In this document: in pieces, positions 54,424 to 63,857 of the stretch
How the letters are laid out: each line of letters opens with the position of its first letter
How positions within the stretch are numbered: the first letter of the stretch is position 1
Assembly (NCBI GenBank): GCA_044229975.1
Contig: JBGARZ010000009.1
Span: 283,947-347,946 of the forward strand
Direction: 5' to 3'
Source: Polyangiales bacterium
GTDB taxonomy: Bacteria > Myxococcota_A > Polyangia > Polyangiales > Ga0077539
Length of the DNA stretch: 64,000 bases
The notes under the pieces: generated by a model
Database searches by the model: none
What the model was told of the DNA's origin: nothing
What the model saw: the letters and a program-made list of their open reading frames with translations, nothing else
Translations under genes and position numbers: made by a program

Positions 54424-54768
54424 ATGCGCACCTTCCTTCCGGCCCTCGCACTCCTCGCGCTCCTCGGCTGCGCCGACGACACGCCCTACCGCAACTGCTC
54501 GTCGCGCGAGCCCTGCGGCGGCAGCACGTCGCTCTGCCTGTCCACCACCGCGCCGTCGGGCCGCTCGGCGCTCTTCTGCACCGCGCGCTGCACCGTGGCC
54601 ACGGCCAACGTCGACTGCCCGGCCAACAGCGCGTGCGTCCGCGTCAACGGCGGCGACCCGGTGTGCCTCCAGGTCTGCACCGCCGACGCGCAGTGCCCCT
54701 TCACCAACGCAGCGTGCCTCGTCACGGCCGACTCCATGGGCGCGCGCGTCTGCACCGTGCGGCCGTGA
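54424..54768 (+). CDS. small Cys-rich lipoprotein
   Basis: lipobox LLGC; 12 Cys in 95 mature residues. Confidence 0.55.
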   Translation: MRTFLPALALLALLGCADDTPYRNCSSREPCGGSTSLCLSTTAPSGRSALFCTARCTVATANVDCPANSACVRVNGGDPVCLQVCTADAQCPFTNAACLVTADSMGARVCTVRP

Positions 54769-54828
54769 TTGGGCGTTTCATGGGCGAGCTTCGATGGTAG
54801 GGTCCCACCCACGAGAGACGGTGAGCCG

Positions 54829-55302
54829 TTGCCGCTGAGATTCACAGCCAGCGTTCCGGGTGAGCTTCGGTTCCGCGACCTCGTGGGCTCCATGGTTCGC
54901 GCCGTGTGCCTGCGGGTCGAGCGCGACGCCGGCTGTAGCGGCCTGGAGTGGCGGTTGATGAGCGCCTACAACGAAGCCTTCAACAACATCGTCGAGCACG
55001 CCTACGCCGTGGTGCCCGGCGAGGTCGAGGTGGTGCTGCTCGTCGACGACGACAAGGTCGTGCTCCGCATGGTCGACCAGGGCGACGGCTTCAACTTCCA
55101 CGACGCCGGGGCCACCGACACCGTGCCCGAGCTCGACAGCCTGTCCGAGGGCGGCATGGGCCTCTTCATCATTCGCAACGCCATGTCGTCCGTTACCTAT
55201 GAGCGCCGCCAGGACAAGAACCTCCTCACCATGACCAAGACCCTCTCCGAATGCGCGGCGATCTCTGCCGCCGCGACCGCCCATGGGGATCCCCGATGCT
55301 GA
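54829..55302 (+). CDS. anti-sigma regulatory factor, GHKL Ser/Thr kinase (RsbW/SpoIIAB-like)
   Basis: N-box EAFNNIVEHAY and G-box GMGLFIIRN; TTG start with GGTGAG RBS chosen (ORF open from 54769). Confidence 0.7.
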   Translation: MPLRFTASVPGELRFRDLVGSMVRAVCLRVERDAGCSGLEWRLMSAYNEAFNNIVEHAYAVVPGEVEVVLLVDDDKVVLRMVDQGDGFNFHDAGATDTVPELDSLSEGGMGLFIIRNAMSSVTYERRQDKNLLTMTKTLSECAAISAAATAHGDPRC

Positions 55303-55634
55303 AGCATGAGCTCACCGACCAGGCCGGCGTGATCGTCCTGCGGGTGCTGGAAGAGAACCTCGACGCCCTCACCGTCCCCGAGGCGCGCATCCTCGTCGAT
55401 CAGCTCGTCGAGCGCGGCGGCATCAAGGCCGTGTTCGAGATGTCCACCGTGAAGGTCATCGACAGCTCGGGCGTGGCCGTCATCGTGTCGCTCTTCAAGC
55501 GGCTCCGTGCCCTCGGCGGCGCGGTGCGCTTCTCGGGCGTCGCGGGGCAGCCCAAGGAGATCTTCGCGATGATGAAGCTCGACCAGATCCTGCCCATCTT
55601 CCCGACGGCCGAAGAGGCGCTCCGGGGGTTCTGA
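55296..55634 (+). CDS. STAS-domain anti-sigma factor antagonist (RsbV/SpoIIAA-like)
   Basis: STAS fold with phosphorylatable Ser in DSSGV; ATG overlaps upstream stop (ATGCTGA). Confidence 0.75.
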   Translation: MLKHELTDQAGVIVLRVLEENLDALTVPEARILVDQLVERGGIKAVFEMSTVKVIDSSGVAVIVSLFKRLRALGGAVRFSGVAGQPKEIFAMMKLDQILPIFPTAEEALRGF

Positions 55635-55641
55635 CCGCGCC

Positions 55642-57441
55642 GTGGCCAGCATCGTCACCCTCGGACCGCAAGACGCCGGCAAGGTCTACCGGCTCGACTC
55701 GGGCGAGTGCCTCCTCGGGCGACGCCTCGACTGCCACATCTGCATCCCCGACCAGCGCATCTCCCGCCGCCACGCGCGCATCCGCCGCGAGGGCGACGGC
55801 TACGGCCTCGAAGACCTCGGGAGCTGCAACGGAACCTTCGTCAACGGCCGCCGCATCCAGGGGAGCTCGAAGCTCCGGCACGGCGACGAGGTGGAGATCG
55901 GCGCGTCGCGCTTCCGCATCGACCTGAGCGACGACATGGTGGCGCAGGCCGAGAGCACCTCGGTGCGCATCACGCAGGACGTCACGCAGCACACCCTCAA
56001 CATGATCGAGGTGGCCCACCTCGGGGTGCTCGCCAAGCCGAGCCTCGGGCCCGCGTCGGGCCCGCGCCCGCCGTCGCGGCCCATCGACGCGCAGCGCCTC
56101 GAACGCAAGCTCCAGGCGATGTACCGCATCTCCGAGACGGTGGCCTCGACGCTCGACGCCAACGCCCTGCTGGAGAAGGTCTGCGGGATTCTGCTGGAGG
56201 TGTTTCCGCAGGCCCTGGCCGTCGCGGCGGTGACCTTCGACCAGCGCTCCAAGCAGCTCCGCACGCAGGCCGCGCGGCGCCGGAAGGGGCGCGAGACGCC
56301 GGGCGGTCACGCCATGGAGATTCCGCAGCAGGTGGTCGACCGCGTGCTGCGCCAGGGGCACTCGGTGCTGCTGCGCGCGAGCACCGACACGCCCATCGGC
56401 CCGATGGACACCATGGTCATCAAGAACCCCCTGCGGCTGCCGATGGAGGACAACGCCATCCCCCCGCTGGAGGAGGGCGCCGTGGGCTGGCGCATGGGCG
56501 CGCCGCTGTCGTTTCGCGGCGAGCACCTGGGCATCCTCCACGTCGATGCCGAGGCGGCGCTCGGGTACTTCACGCAGGACGACCTCGACCTCCTGCAAGG
56601 GCTCGCGGGTCAGGCGGGCGTGGCGCTGCACCTCATCGGGCTGCACCACCGGCTGCTCGCGCGCGAGCGGCTCGACTACGACCTGCGGCTGGCCCGGCAG
56701 ATCCAGCGCAACCTCCTGCCGCGCGAGCCGCCGAAGGTGTCGGGGCTCGACTTCGCCGTGCACTACGAGCCGGCGTTTCATGTCGGCGGCGACTTCTACG
56801 ACTTCCTGTGGCTCGACCCGACGCGGCTCGCGATGGTGGTGGGCGACGTGTCGGGCAAGGCCATCTCGGGCGCGCTCTTCATGGCACGCGTGACGAGCGA
56901 GATACGCTTCGCGGCGCCGGTGGAGTCGCACCCGCGGCGCATCGTGCAGCGGGTCAACCGCGCGCTCTCGGAGGTCGCCGAGGACGGGATGTTCGTGACG
57001 ATGGTGTTCCTGTCGCTCGATTTGACGCAGCAGGTGCTGCGCTTCTCGAACGCGGGTCACACCACGCCGCTGCTCCTGCGCGGCGGGCGCGTGACGCCGC
57101 TGGAGTACGCCGAGGCGCGGTGCCTGCCGGTGGGCGTCGAGGCGCGCGTCGAGGTGGCCGAGGCGCAGGTGAAGCTGCAACCGGGCGACGTGCTGGTGCT
57201 CTACACCGACGGCATCATCGAGGCGCGCTCGATGGCGGGGGAGTTCTACGGCGTCGAGCGGCTGCACGGGGTGCTGGAGCGCACGGGCGGCACCGCGCGG
57301 CAGGTGCTCGAAGCGGTGCTGGGGGACCTCGACAAGTTCGTGGAAGACGCGCCGCAGGCCGACGACCAGACGGTGGTGTGCCTCGCCGTGGGCGAAGGGT
57401 CGAAGCTGCGGTTCGAGAGCATGGTTCCGCAGCGGGAGTGA
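55642..57441 (+). CDS. FHA-GAF-PP2C (SpoIIE/RsbU-type) serine phosphatase
   Basis: FHA motifs (GR..C.I....ISRRHA, NGTFVNG), GAF region, PP2C motifs GGDFYDF and VGDVSGKAISGALFMA. Confidence 0.85.
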   Translation: MASIVTLGPQDAGKVYRLDSGECLLGRRLDCHICIPDQRISRRHARIRREGDGYGLEDLGSCNGTFVNGRRIQGSSKLRHGDEVEIGASRFRIDLSDDMVAQAESTSVRITQDVTQHTLNMIEVAHLGVLAKPSLGPASGPRPPSRPIDAQRLERKLQAMYRISETVASTLDANALLEKVCGILLEVFPQALAVAAVTFDQRSKQLRTQAARRRKGRETPGGHAMEIPQQVVDRVLRQGHSVLLRASTDTPIGPMDTMVIKNPLRLPMEDNAIPPLEEGAVGWRMGAPLSFRGEHLGILHVDAEAALGYFTQDDLDLLQGLAGQAGVALHLIGLHHRLLARERLDYDLRLARQIQRNLLPREPPKVSGLDFAVHYEPAFHVGGDFYDFLWLDPTRLAMVVGDVSGKAISGALFMARVTSEIRFAAPVESHPRRIVQRVNRALSEVAEDGMFVTMVFLSLDLTQQVLRFSNAGHTTPLLLRGGRVTPLEYAEARCLPVGVEARVEVAEAQVKLQPGDVLVLYTDGIIEARSMAGEFYGVERLHGVLERTGGTARQVLEAVLGDLDKFVEDAPQADDQTVVCLAVGEGSKLRFESMVPQRE

Positions 57442-57472
57442 CGGGGCGTCTGGCCCTTCGGGGACAGCTTCT

Positions 57473-57778
57473 TCAGCCCGCGCGCGAGACCCCGGGAATC
57501 TCCCGGTACACGAAGTACCCGAGCATCCCGATGGAGCCCACGAGGGTCATCGCGACCATCCACGGCCACGGCGAGATGCCCCGCTTCAGGGCGTCGCTTC
57601 GCACCACCGTCGACGCCACCGTGAGGGCGATGACGAGGTCGAGAAACACCTGCGTCTCCCACCCCCCGTGCAGCGCCGTGTCGATGAACCCCAAGGGCCC
57701 ATGCCCGATGGACACCCACACACTGAACGCAAAGAACGGAACCAACACCGCCAGGGCCAACATCGATCGTGATCGCAT
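57473..57778 (-). CDS. small membrane protein
   Basis: three hydrophobic helices in 101 aa. Confidence 0.45.
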   Translation of the reverse strand: MRSRSMLALAVLVPFFAFSVWVSIGHGPLGFIDTALHGGWETQVFLDLVIALTVASTVVRSDALKRGISPWPWMVAMTLVGSIGMLGYFVYREIPGVSRAG

Positions 57779-57883
57779 CGCGTACCTCCTACCGCCGCAA
57801 TGATGGTCACGGTCCGCGCCCCGACCATGACCTCCGAGGTCATGGTGGGTTGTTTGATGTCGAGCGATGCTCCGTCACCCGCC

Positions 57884-58681
57884 ATGACCACTGCCCACGC
57901 GCGATTCGGCCCGCTCTTGCGCGAGCACCGCGTCACCCGTCGCCTCTCGCAAGAGACCATGGCCCGCCACGCCGAGGTCTCCACCCGCCACCTGAGCTGC
58001 CTGGAGACCGGCCGCGCGTCTCCCAGTCGCGAGATGGTGCTCGTCCTCGGCAGCGCCCTCGACCTGCCCTTGCGCGAGCGCAACACGCTGCTCTCCGCCG
58101 CGGGATACGCCCCGGTGTATTCCGCCTCGGCCCTCGACGGCGACACGCTCGCCCCGGTGCGCCGCGCCATCGAGCACCTGCTCGCCGCCCACGAGCCCTT
58201 CGGCGCCGTCGTCGTCGACCGCGACTGGAACCTCCTCCGCATGAACGCCGGCGCCCAACGCCTCCTCGCCTGGGCGCTCGAAGGTCTCTCGCCGCCGCCC
58301 GAGGCGCTGCGCAACGTGCTCGCCGCCACGCTGCACCCGCAGGCCCTGCGCGCCCGCATCGTGAACTTCGCCGAGGTCGCCGCCACCATGGCCGACCGCG
58401 CACAGCGCGAGCTCGCCGTGGAGACCGACCCGGCACGAAGGCAGATGCTCGCTGCGACCATCGCGGAGGCGACGGTTCCGATGCCCGCGGGGGTGGCGCC
58501 GTCGACGGGGCCGTTTGTTCCGCTGCATCTGCGGAAGGGGACGGAGGAGCTGCGGCTCTTCACGACGCTCACCACGCTCGGGACGCCCATCGACGTGACC
58601 GCGCAGGAGGTTCACATCGAGTCGTACTTCCCGGCGGACGAAGCCACCGATCGGCGGCTGCGCGCGATGGCCACGCCCTGA
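57884..58681 (+). CDS. XRE-family HTH regulator with MmyB-like ligand-binding domain
   Basis: HTH RRLSQETMARHAEVSTRHLSCLETG followed by MmyB-like C-terminal domain. Confidence 0.75.
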   Translation: MTTAHARFGPLLREHRVTRRLSQETMARHAEVSTRHLSCLETGRASPSREMVLVLGSALDLPLRERNTLLSAAGYAPVYSASALDGDTLAPVRRAIEHLLAAHEPFGAVVVDRDWNLLRMNAGAQRLLAWALEGLSPPPEALRNVLAATLHPQALRARIVNFAEVAATMADRAQRELAVETDPARRQMLAATIAEATVPMPAGVAPSTGPFVPLHLRKGTEELRLFTTLTTLGTPIDVTAQEVHIESYFPADEATDRRLRAMATP

Positions 58682-58718
58682 GACGCACCCGGCTGGACGC
58701 CGCCCCCTGCCCCCGACG

Positions 58719-60599
58719 ATGCTCCCGCGGGTGACCACCGCCCACACCCGCGCCGCGCTCGTCGCCCTGCTGCTCTCGGCCTGCAAGACCGCGTCGCCCG
58801 TGCCGACCTCCGTCGACGCTGCCGTGGCCGATGTTCCGTCACTTGCCCCCGTCGACGCCGCGGCTCCTGTCGATGCGCCCGCGGGTCTCACCTTCCGCGG
58901 TCAGGCCCTCGGCGAGCCCGACCGCACCATCCCCGACGTCGACGCCATCGGCTACGAGCTCGACCTCGCCGTCACCGACGCCACCCCGCGCAGCGAGACC
59001 TTCCGCGCCACGCTCCGCGGAACCTTCCTCGCCACCCGCGCGCTCACCTCCCTCTCGCTCGACCTCGAAGGCAACGAGGTCGACGAGGTGACCGTCGACG
59101 GCCGACCCGCACCGCACACCCGCGCGGGGACCGAGCTCCGGGTGACGCTGCCAACACCCGTAGCCGACGGCGCGGGCTTCGTGGTGACCGTTCGCTACCA
59201 CGGAACGTTTCTCCAGGGCCGCATCGGCGCCGCGGGCTTCAACACCAACGGCGGCCTCATGGCGGTGCAGCGCAACCGGGAGGGCAGACGGGTGTTCATG
59301 TCGCTCGACTGGCCGGCGCGGTCGCGGCGCTGGCTGCCGGTGCGCGACCATCCGCGCGACGGGGCGATGGTGGCGACGCGGCTCACCTTCCCGGCGGCGT
59401 TTACGGTGCTCTCCAACGGGCGTCGCGTGGGCGTCGCGGACAACGCCGACGAGACGCGCACCTGGGAGTACGAGGCGCTCACGCCGATGCCCATCTACGA
59501 CCTGCACATCGGGGCGTACGACCAGTGGGTCGATCAGCCCTCCATGGCGGCGGCCAACGGGGTGGTCATTCACCACTACGACTATCCCTCCATGATGTCG
59601 CAGGCGGCCACGGCCTATGCCGACATCCATGAGACCATGAACTTCTATACCGACAACTTCGGCGCGTTTCGGTGGGGCAGCATGTCCTTCCTGCAAGAGC
59701 CCGCCATCGGCGGCGGGATGGAGCACTCCACCGTGGTCAGCATGGAGGAGTCGATGTATTCGCGGCCGAGGGTGGTTCGCTCCGTGGCCATCCACGAGCT
59801 CGCCCACCACTGGTCGGGCAACCTCGTTCGCATCGCCACCTGGAACGACCTCTGGCTCTCCGAGGGCTTCTCGGACTACCTGACGGGGCGATACTTCGAG
59901 GCCCACGATGGCGCCGCGGGCGGTCTCGCGCAGTGGCAGGACACCCTGCGCCAGGGGCTCACCACCGAGCACGCGATGACCTCGCCCACGCTCGCGCTGC
60001 GCCCCGCCGACCCGGAGGCCGATCCGCTGCAGATGTTCACGCTCATCGTCTACAAGCACGGGGCGTTTACGCTGCGGATGCTCGAAGCGGTGGTGGGGCG
60101 GGAGGCGCTGACGAGCTTCCTGCGCGGGTGGTTCGACCGGCACGCGTATGGGTCGGTGACCACCGAGACGCTGCGCACCGAGCTGGAGGCGGCGACCCGA
60201 CAAGACCTGCGGGGGTATTTCGACCAGTGGGTGTACGGGGTGTTTCACCCGGTGATGACGGCGACGGTGCAGCCGGCGGGCGCCGGGATGGTGACCGTGA
60301 CGGTGCGCCAGGTGCAGACCGTGGGCCCGGCCGCGGGCTTCCGATATCCATTGGACATCGAACTCCGCAACGGCGCGATGACCCATCGGGCGCGGGTCGA
60401 CGTGACGGGACGGGAGACGACGGCGACGGTGGCGGTGGGCTTCACGCCGACCGAGGTGGTGCTCGACCCGGAGGTGAAGCTCTTCGCGACGGCAGCGTGC
60501 GGCGATGGTCTGGCGGAGTGCCGATCGGGCTGGACGTGCACGGCATCGACGGCGCTCGCGGGCGTGCGGTACTGCCTGCCGCCCGCGGCGCCGCAGTAG
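58719..60599 (+). CDS. M1-family aminopeptidase lipoprotein
   Basis: lipobox LLSAC; GGMEH exopeptidase motif, HELAHHW zinc motif and downstream LWLSEGF. Confidence 0.8.
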   Translation: MLPRVTTAHTRAALVALLLSACKTASPVPTSVDAAVADVPSLAPVDAAAPVDAPAGLTFRGQALGEPDRTIPDVDAIGYELDLAVTDATPRSETFRATLRGTFLATRALTSLSLDLEGNEVDEVTVDGRPAPHTRAGTELRVTLPTPVADGAGFVVTVRYHGTFLQGRIGAAGFNTNGGLMAVQRNREGRRVFMSLDWPARSRRWLPVRDHPRDGAMVATRLTFPAAFTVLSNGRRVGVADNADETRTWEYEALTPMPIYDLHIGAYDQWVDQPSMAAANGVVIHHYDYPSMMSQAATAYADIHETMNFYTDNFGAFRWGSMSFLQEPAIGGGMEHSTVVSMEESMYSRPRVVRSVAIHELAHHWSGNLVRIATWNDLWLSEGFSDYLTGRYFEAHDGAAGGLAQWQDTLRQGLTTEHAMTSPTLALRPADPEADPLQMFTLIVYKHGAFTLRMLEAVVGREALTSFLRGWFDRHAYGSVTTETLRTELEAATRQDLRGYFDQWVYGVFHPVMTATVQPAGAGMVTVTVRQVQTVGPAAGFRYPLDIELRNGAMTHRARVDVTGRETTATVAVGFTPTEVVLDPEVKLFATAACGDGLAECRSGWTCTASTALAGVRYCLPPAAPQ

Positions 60600-60605
60600 G
60601 CCGCT

Positions 60606-62306
60606 TCAGCTCTTCCGGCGACGACGCCGTCCCATCACCGCCACGCCCAGCGCGAGCGCCGCGAGCGCCCACGTCGGCCGCGCATCACCGACGCCCGCGC
60701 GGCACTGGCACCCACGGTCCGCCGGCCTGAACGTCACCCCGCCGCTCCCGTCGACCCGTCCGCCGTCGCGCAGGCCGCCGTCACCTACGACCACCACGCC
60801 GCCGTCGCGCACAGCCGCGCCGCTGCCGATGCACTCGCCCAGGCGGCACACCTCGCCCGGCGGGCAGAGCACCGTGTCGGGGCCCGTCGCGCACGAGTCG
60901 CGGCACGTCCCGCCCTCGCAGTGCTGGCCCGTCGGGCACGTCACGCCGGTGCACGCGTCCTGGGTGCAGTGACCGTCGGGCTGGCAGCTCTTGCCGTCTC
61001 CGCAGGGGCGGCACTGGCACCCGGCGACGCACTGCCCGACCGTCGCTGACATCGGGTCGTCGTCGCACACGTCGCGGCCGTCACACACCACGCCCGCGCA
61101 CGGGTTGACGCATCGGCCCGCGCGGCAGCTCTGGGCCCACGGGCAGTTGACGCCCTCGCAGATGCCCACGCAGCGGCCGCCCGAGCAGCGCTGGCCGTTG
61201 GTGCAGGTGATGTCGAGGCAGGAGGTCTCGACGCAGGTTCCGCGGTCGGAGCAGGTGCGGCCGGAGAGGCAGCCGAGCTCGGGCTGGCAACGGTCGACGC
61301 AGGCGCCGCGGTCGCACACCTGGTTGGTGGCGCAGAGTTCGTTGCCCTCGTCGATGGCGCCGTCGCAGTCGTTGTCGAAGCCGTTGCAGGTGCGCGCGCG
61401 CGGTTGGTTGACCTGCTGGCAGGTGACGCCGGTGCCCGAGCAGATGGTCACGCCCATGCCGCACGCGCCCATCTGGCCCGCGACGGTGCAGGGCATGCCC
61501 GCGCCGGTGCAGCCGAGCGCCACGCCGCCGCCGCGAATCTGGAAGCGGTAGAGCCCCGGCGCGCCGCCCGGAACGTTGGAGGTGGCGCACACGTTGAGGA
61601 TGGCGGCCGTGCGCGACTGCGGGAGCGCGACGTAGTTGCGGTTGTTGCCCGCGTCGAAGCCCACCTGAGCGGGGATGCCGCCGAAGCCGCCCTTGCCCTC
61701 GGAGGCGTCCCCGGTGGTCCACTCGCAGCGGTTGTAGCGAAACTCGACGTCGAAGTCCCCGCCCGAGGTGCAGGTGCTCGACGTCGACAGCACCATCTGG
61801 AAGTCGTTGAGCCGGTCGTTGTGGGCTGAGTAGTAGCCGACGTTGTGCCAGGTCACGACGATGCGGTTGGGCTCGATGTGGTAGCAGATCGAGTTGTTGC
61901 TCGGCTGGCCGCCGCCGCGGGTGTCCACGTCGGCCCACCACGGCGCGATCATGGGCTGATCGGCCACGGGAAACGGGTCGGGCGTGAAGGTCGGCACCGC
62001 TTCGTTGAAGGTGATGTTGCCGTTGGTGTTGAGGAAGAAAGTCCCGAAGGTGCGCCCGTAGATCGAGAGCCCGCCCGGGAAGGCCGGCCGCAGGTTGATG
62101 GCCACCGGGTCGTCGGCAAACTCCGAAGCGCCAGGGCCCGCGTACGACCCGTCGTCGTTGGGGTGGACGCAGTGGTCGGGGGTGCCGAAGCCGGTGGGCC
62201 CGCCGAAGCCGGTGAGCAGCGGGATGGCCCGCGCCTCGACCGCGAAGGAGAGCGCCGCCGCGCAGAGTGGGAGGAGCGCGCGCTGAAACCGACCCGGGGT
62301 CTTCAT
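60606..62306 (-). CDS. secreted NIDO-domain protein with Cys-rich repeats and MYXO-CTERM sorting signal
   Basis: GAAGGAGG RBS; NIDO signature (AINLRPAFPGG...TNGNITF...IAPWWADVDTR); C-terminus GCQCRAG...LALGVAVMGRRRRRKS matches MYXO-CTERM. Confidence 0.75.
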   Translation of the reverse strand: MKTPGRFQRALLPLCAAALSFAVEARAIPLLTGFGGPTGFGTPDHCVHPNDDGSYAGPGASEFADDPVAINLRPAFPGGLSIYGRTFGTFFLNTNGNITFNEAVPTFTPDPFPVADQPMIAPWWADVDTRGGGQPSNNSICYHIEPNRIVVTWHNVGYYSAHNDRLNDFQMVLSTSSTCTSGGDFDVEFRYNRCEWTTGDASEGKGGFGGIPAQVGFDAGNNRNYVALPQSRTAAILNVCATSNVPGGAPGLYRFQIRGGGVALGCTGAGMPCTVAGQMGACGMGVTICSGTGVTCQQVNQPRARTCNGFDNDCDGAIDEGNELCATNQVCDRGACVDRCQPELGCLSGRTCSDRGTCVETSCLDITCTNGQRCSGGRCVGICEGVNCPWAQSCRAGRCVNPCAGVVCDGRDVCDDDPMSATVGQCVAGCQCRPCGDGKSCQPDGHCTQDACTGVTCPTGQHCEGGTCRDSCATGPDTVLCPPGEVCRLGECIGSGAAVRDGGVVVVGDGGLRDGGRVDGSGGVTFRPADRGCQCRAGVGDARPTWALAALALGVAVMGRRRRRKS

Positions 62307-62439
62307 CAAGGACGTAGCCTCCTTCGAGGGCAGCGGTAGCGCTGCAATGGTCGAAGCAACGGGGTCGACGGTAGTGCAACGACGCGGTTGCCGTCGAGTG
62401 CGGCGCACGTTCCGGGGGTGAGGGCTATCATCGCCCGCG

Positions 62440-63228
62440 ATGTGCACCATCATCGCGCTGCGCGGTGTCCACCCGACGTATCCGCTGATCGTGGCGGCCA
62501 ATCGAGATGAGTTCACGCGGCGGGTGGCAACGCCGCCGACGGCGCTCTCGACCTCTCCGTTGGTCGTCGGTGGTCGCGACAGGCAGGCGCTCGGGACGTG
62601 GCTCGCCGTCACTCCGGGTGGCTTCTTCGTGGCACTCACCAACCAGCGGACGTGGGGGATGCCCGACCGCTCGCGGCGCTCGCGCGGCGAGCTCGTGATC
62701 GAGGCGGCGGGCCTCGGCTCGGTCGACGCGGTGGAGGCGTACCTGCGGTCGCAGCCCGCGCGTCGGTACAACCCCTTCAACCTGCTCTTCGGCGACGCGA
62801 CCTCGCTGGCGGCGGCGTACGTGCGCGACGACGACCCGACGGTGACGGTGGAGCCGCTCGGTCCGGGGATGCATGTGCTGGCCAACGACCGCATCGGGTC
62901 GCCGTGGTTTCCCAAGGTGGCGCGGCCGGGCGAGCGGGTCGCCCTCGGCGCGGTCGCCGCGATGGGCCTCGACGAGGTGTTCGAGGCGCTGGTCGGGGCG
63001 CTGGGAGACCACACGATTCCGGCGAAGATTCCGCCGCCCCCGGCGGGGTCGCTGATGCCCGCGATGCTGGCCCGGCAGCTCCAGGCGATGTGTGTCCATA
63101 CGCCAGGGTACGGAACGGTCTCGGCGACGCTCTTCGCGGCGACGGCGGAGGGCGCGGCGCGGTACCTCTACGCGGACGGCCCACCGTGCGTGACGGGCTT
63201 CGTCGAGTACACGGGGCTGCTGCGTTGA
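62440..63228 (+). CDS. NRDE family protein (DUF833 / TANGO2-like)
   Basis: N-terminal MCTIIAL and VAANRDEF motifs. Confidence 0.8.
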   Translation: MCTIIALRGVHPTYPLIVAANRDEFTRRVATPPTALSTSPLVVGGRDRQALGTWLAVTPGGFFVALTNQRTWGMPDRSRRSRGELVIEAAGLGSVDAVEAYLRSQPARRYNPFNLLFGDATSLAAAYVRDDDPTVTVEPLGPGMHVLANDRIGSPWFPKVARPGERVALGAVAAMGLDEVFEALVGALGDHTIPAKIPPPPAGSLMPAMLARQLQAMCVHTPGYGTVSATLFAATAEGAARYLYADGPPCVTGFVEYTGLLR

Positions 63229-63857
63229 GGCGCGCAATCGGTTGGGTGGTGCTGCTGCTGGCGGTGCCCGCGTGGGCCGACCGAACGACGCCGCCGACGA
63301 GGCCGCCGCAGCCGCAGGGGCCGTCGTGTGCGCTGCACGCCGGGTGGGATTTCGTGGGCAGCTACCTCTGCGCGCAGGGCGAGACGGCGCTCACCCTGCG
63401 GGTGCTGGCGGTGCGCGGGACGTCGGTGCGGGCGGAGTTCGTGTTTGCGCACGCGCCGACGTCGGTGGCCGGGCGGTACACGATGCGGGGCACCTGCGTG
63501 GGCGACGAGGTGACGCTCGCGCCCGAGGCGTGGGTGCAGCGACCGGACGGGTACATGATGGTCGGAATGCGGGGGTCGCTCGGCGACGGGGCCGCGCGCT
63601 ACGGTCAGGCCCGCAGTCACCGGGCCCACGCCGCAGCGTCAGCGCGGCGCGCGACGGTCAGGCCCGCAGGCGACTCCGGACAGGGTACTGTGGACGTAAC
63701 CGTCGCGCGCCTTGCTGACGCTGCGGCGTGGGCCCCGGTGACTGCGGGCCTGACCGTCGCGCGCCGGGCTGACGCCGCGGCGTGGGCCCCGGCTCACCCG
63801 AGCACGGTGACCGTGACCCGCCGCGTGTGGGGCGCGTGGCGGTGCTCCCAGAGGTAG
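63225..63857 (+). CDS. secreted protein containing repeat-encoded ADAAAWAP motifs
   Basis: TTG start overlapping NRDE stop (cgTTGAgg), signal peptide LLLAVPAWA; C-terminal third encoded by the inverted/tandem DNA repeat. Confidence 0.5.
   Translation: MRRAIGWVVLLLAVPAWADRTTPPTRPPQPQGPSCALHAGWDFVGSYLCAQGETALTLRVLAVRGTSVRAEFVFAHAPTSVAGRYTMRGTCVGDEVTLAPEAWVQRPDGYMMVGMRGSLGDGAARYGQARSHRAHAAASARRATVRPAGDSGQGTVDVTVARLADAAAWAPVTAGLTVARRADAAAWAPAHPSTVTVTRRVWGAWRCSQR
63603..63800. repeat. inverted repeat, arms about 55 bp (63603-63657 and 63700-63755, 2 mismatches + 1 indel), plus a partial tandem copy (63754-63798)
   Basis: reverse complement of 63603-63657 aligns to 63700-63755 with 53/56 identity; a further direct partial copy follows. 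Confidence 0.8.

Noticed and set aside
63600-63800. Possible CRISPR array
   Set aside because: Only 2-3 repeat units, arranged as inverted plus tandem copies without unique spacers, inside a coding sequence; no cas genes in the window.
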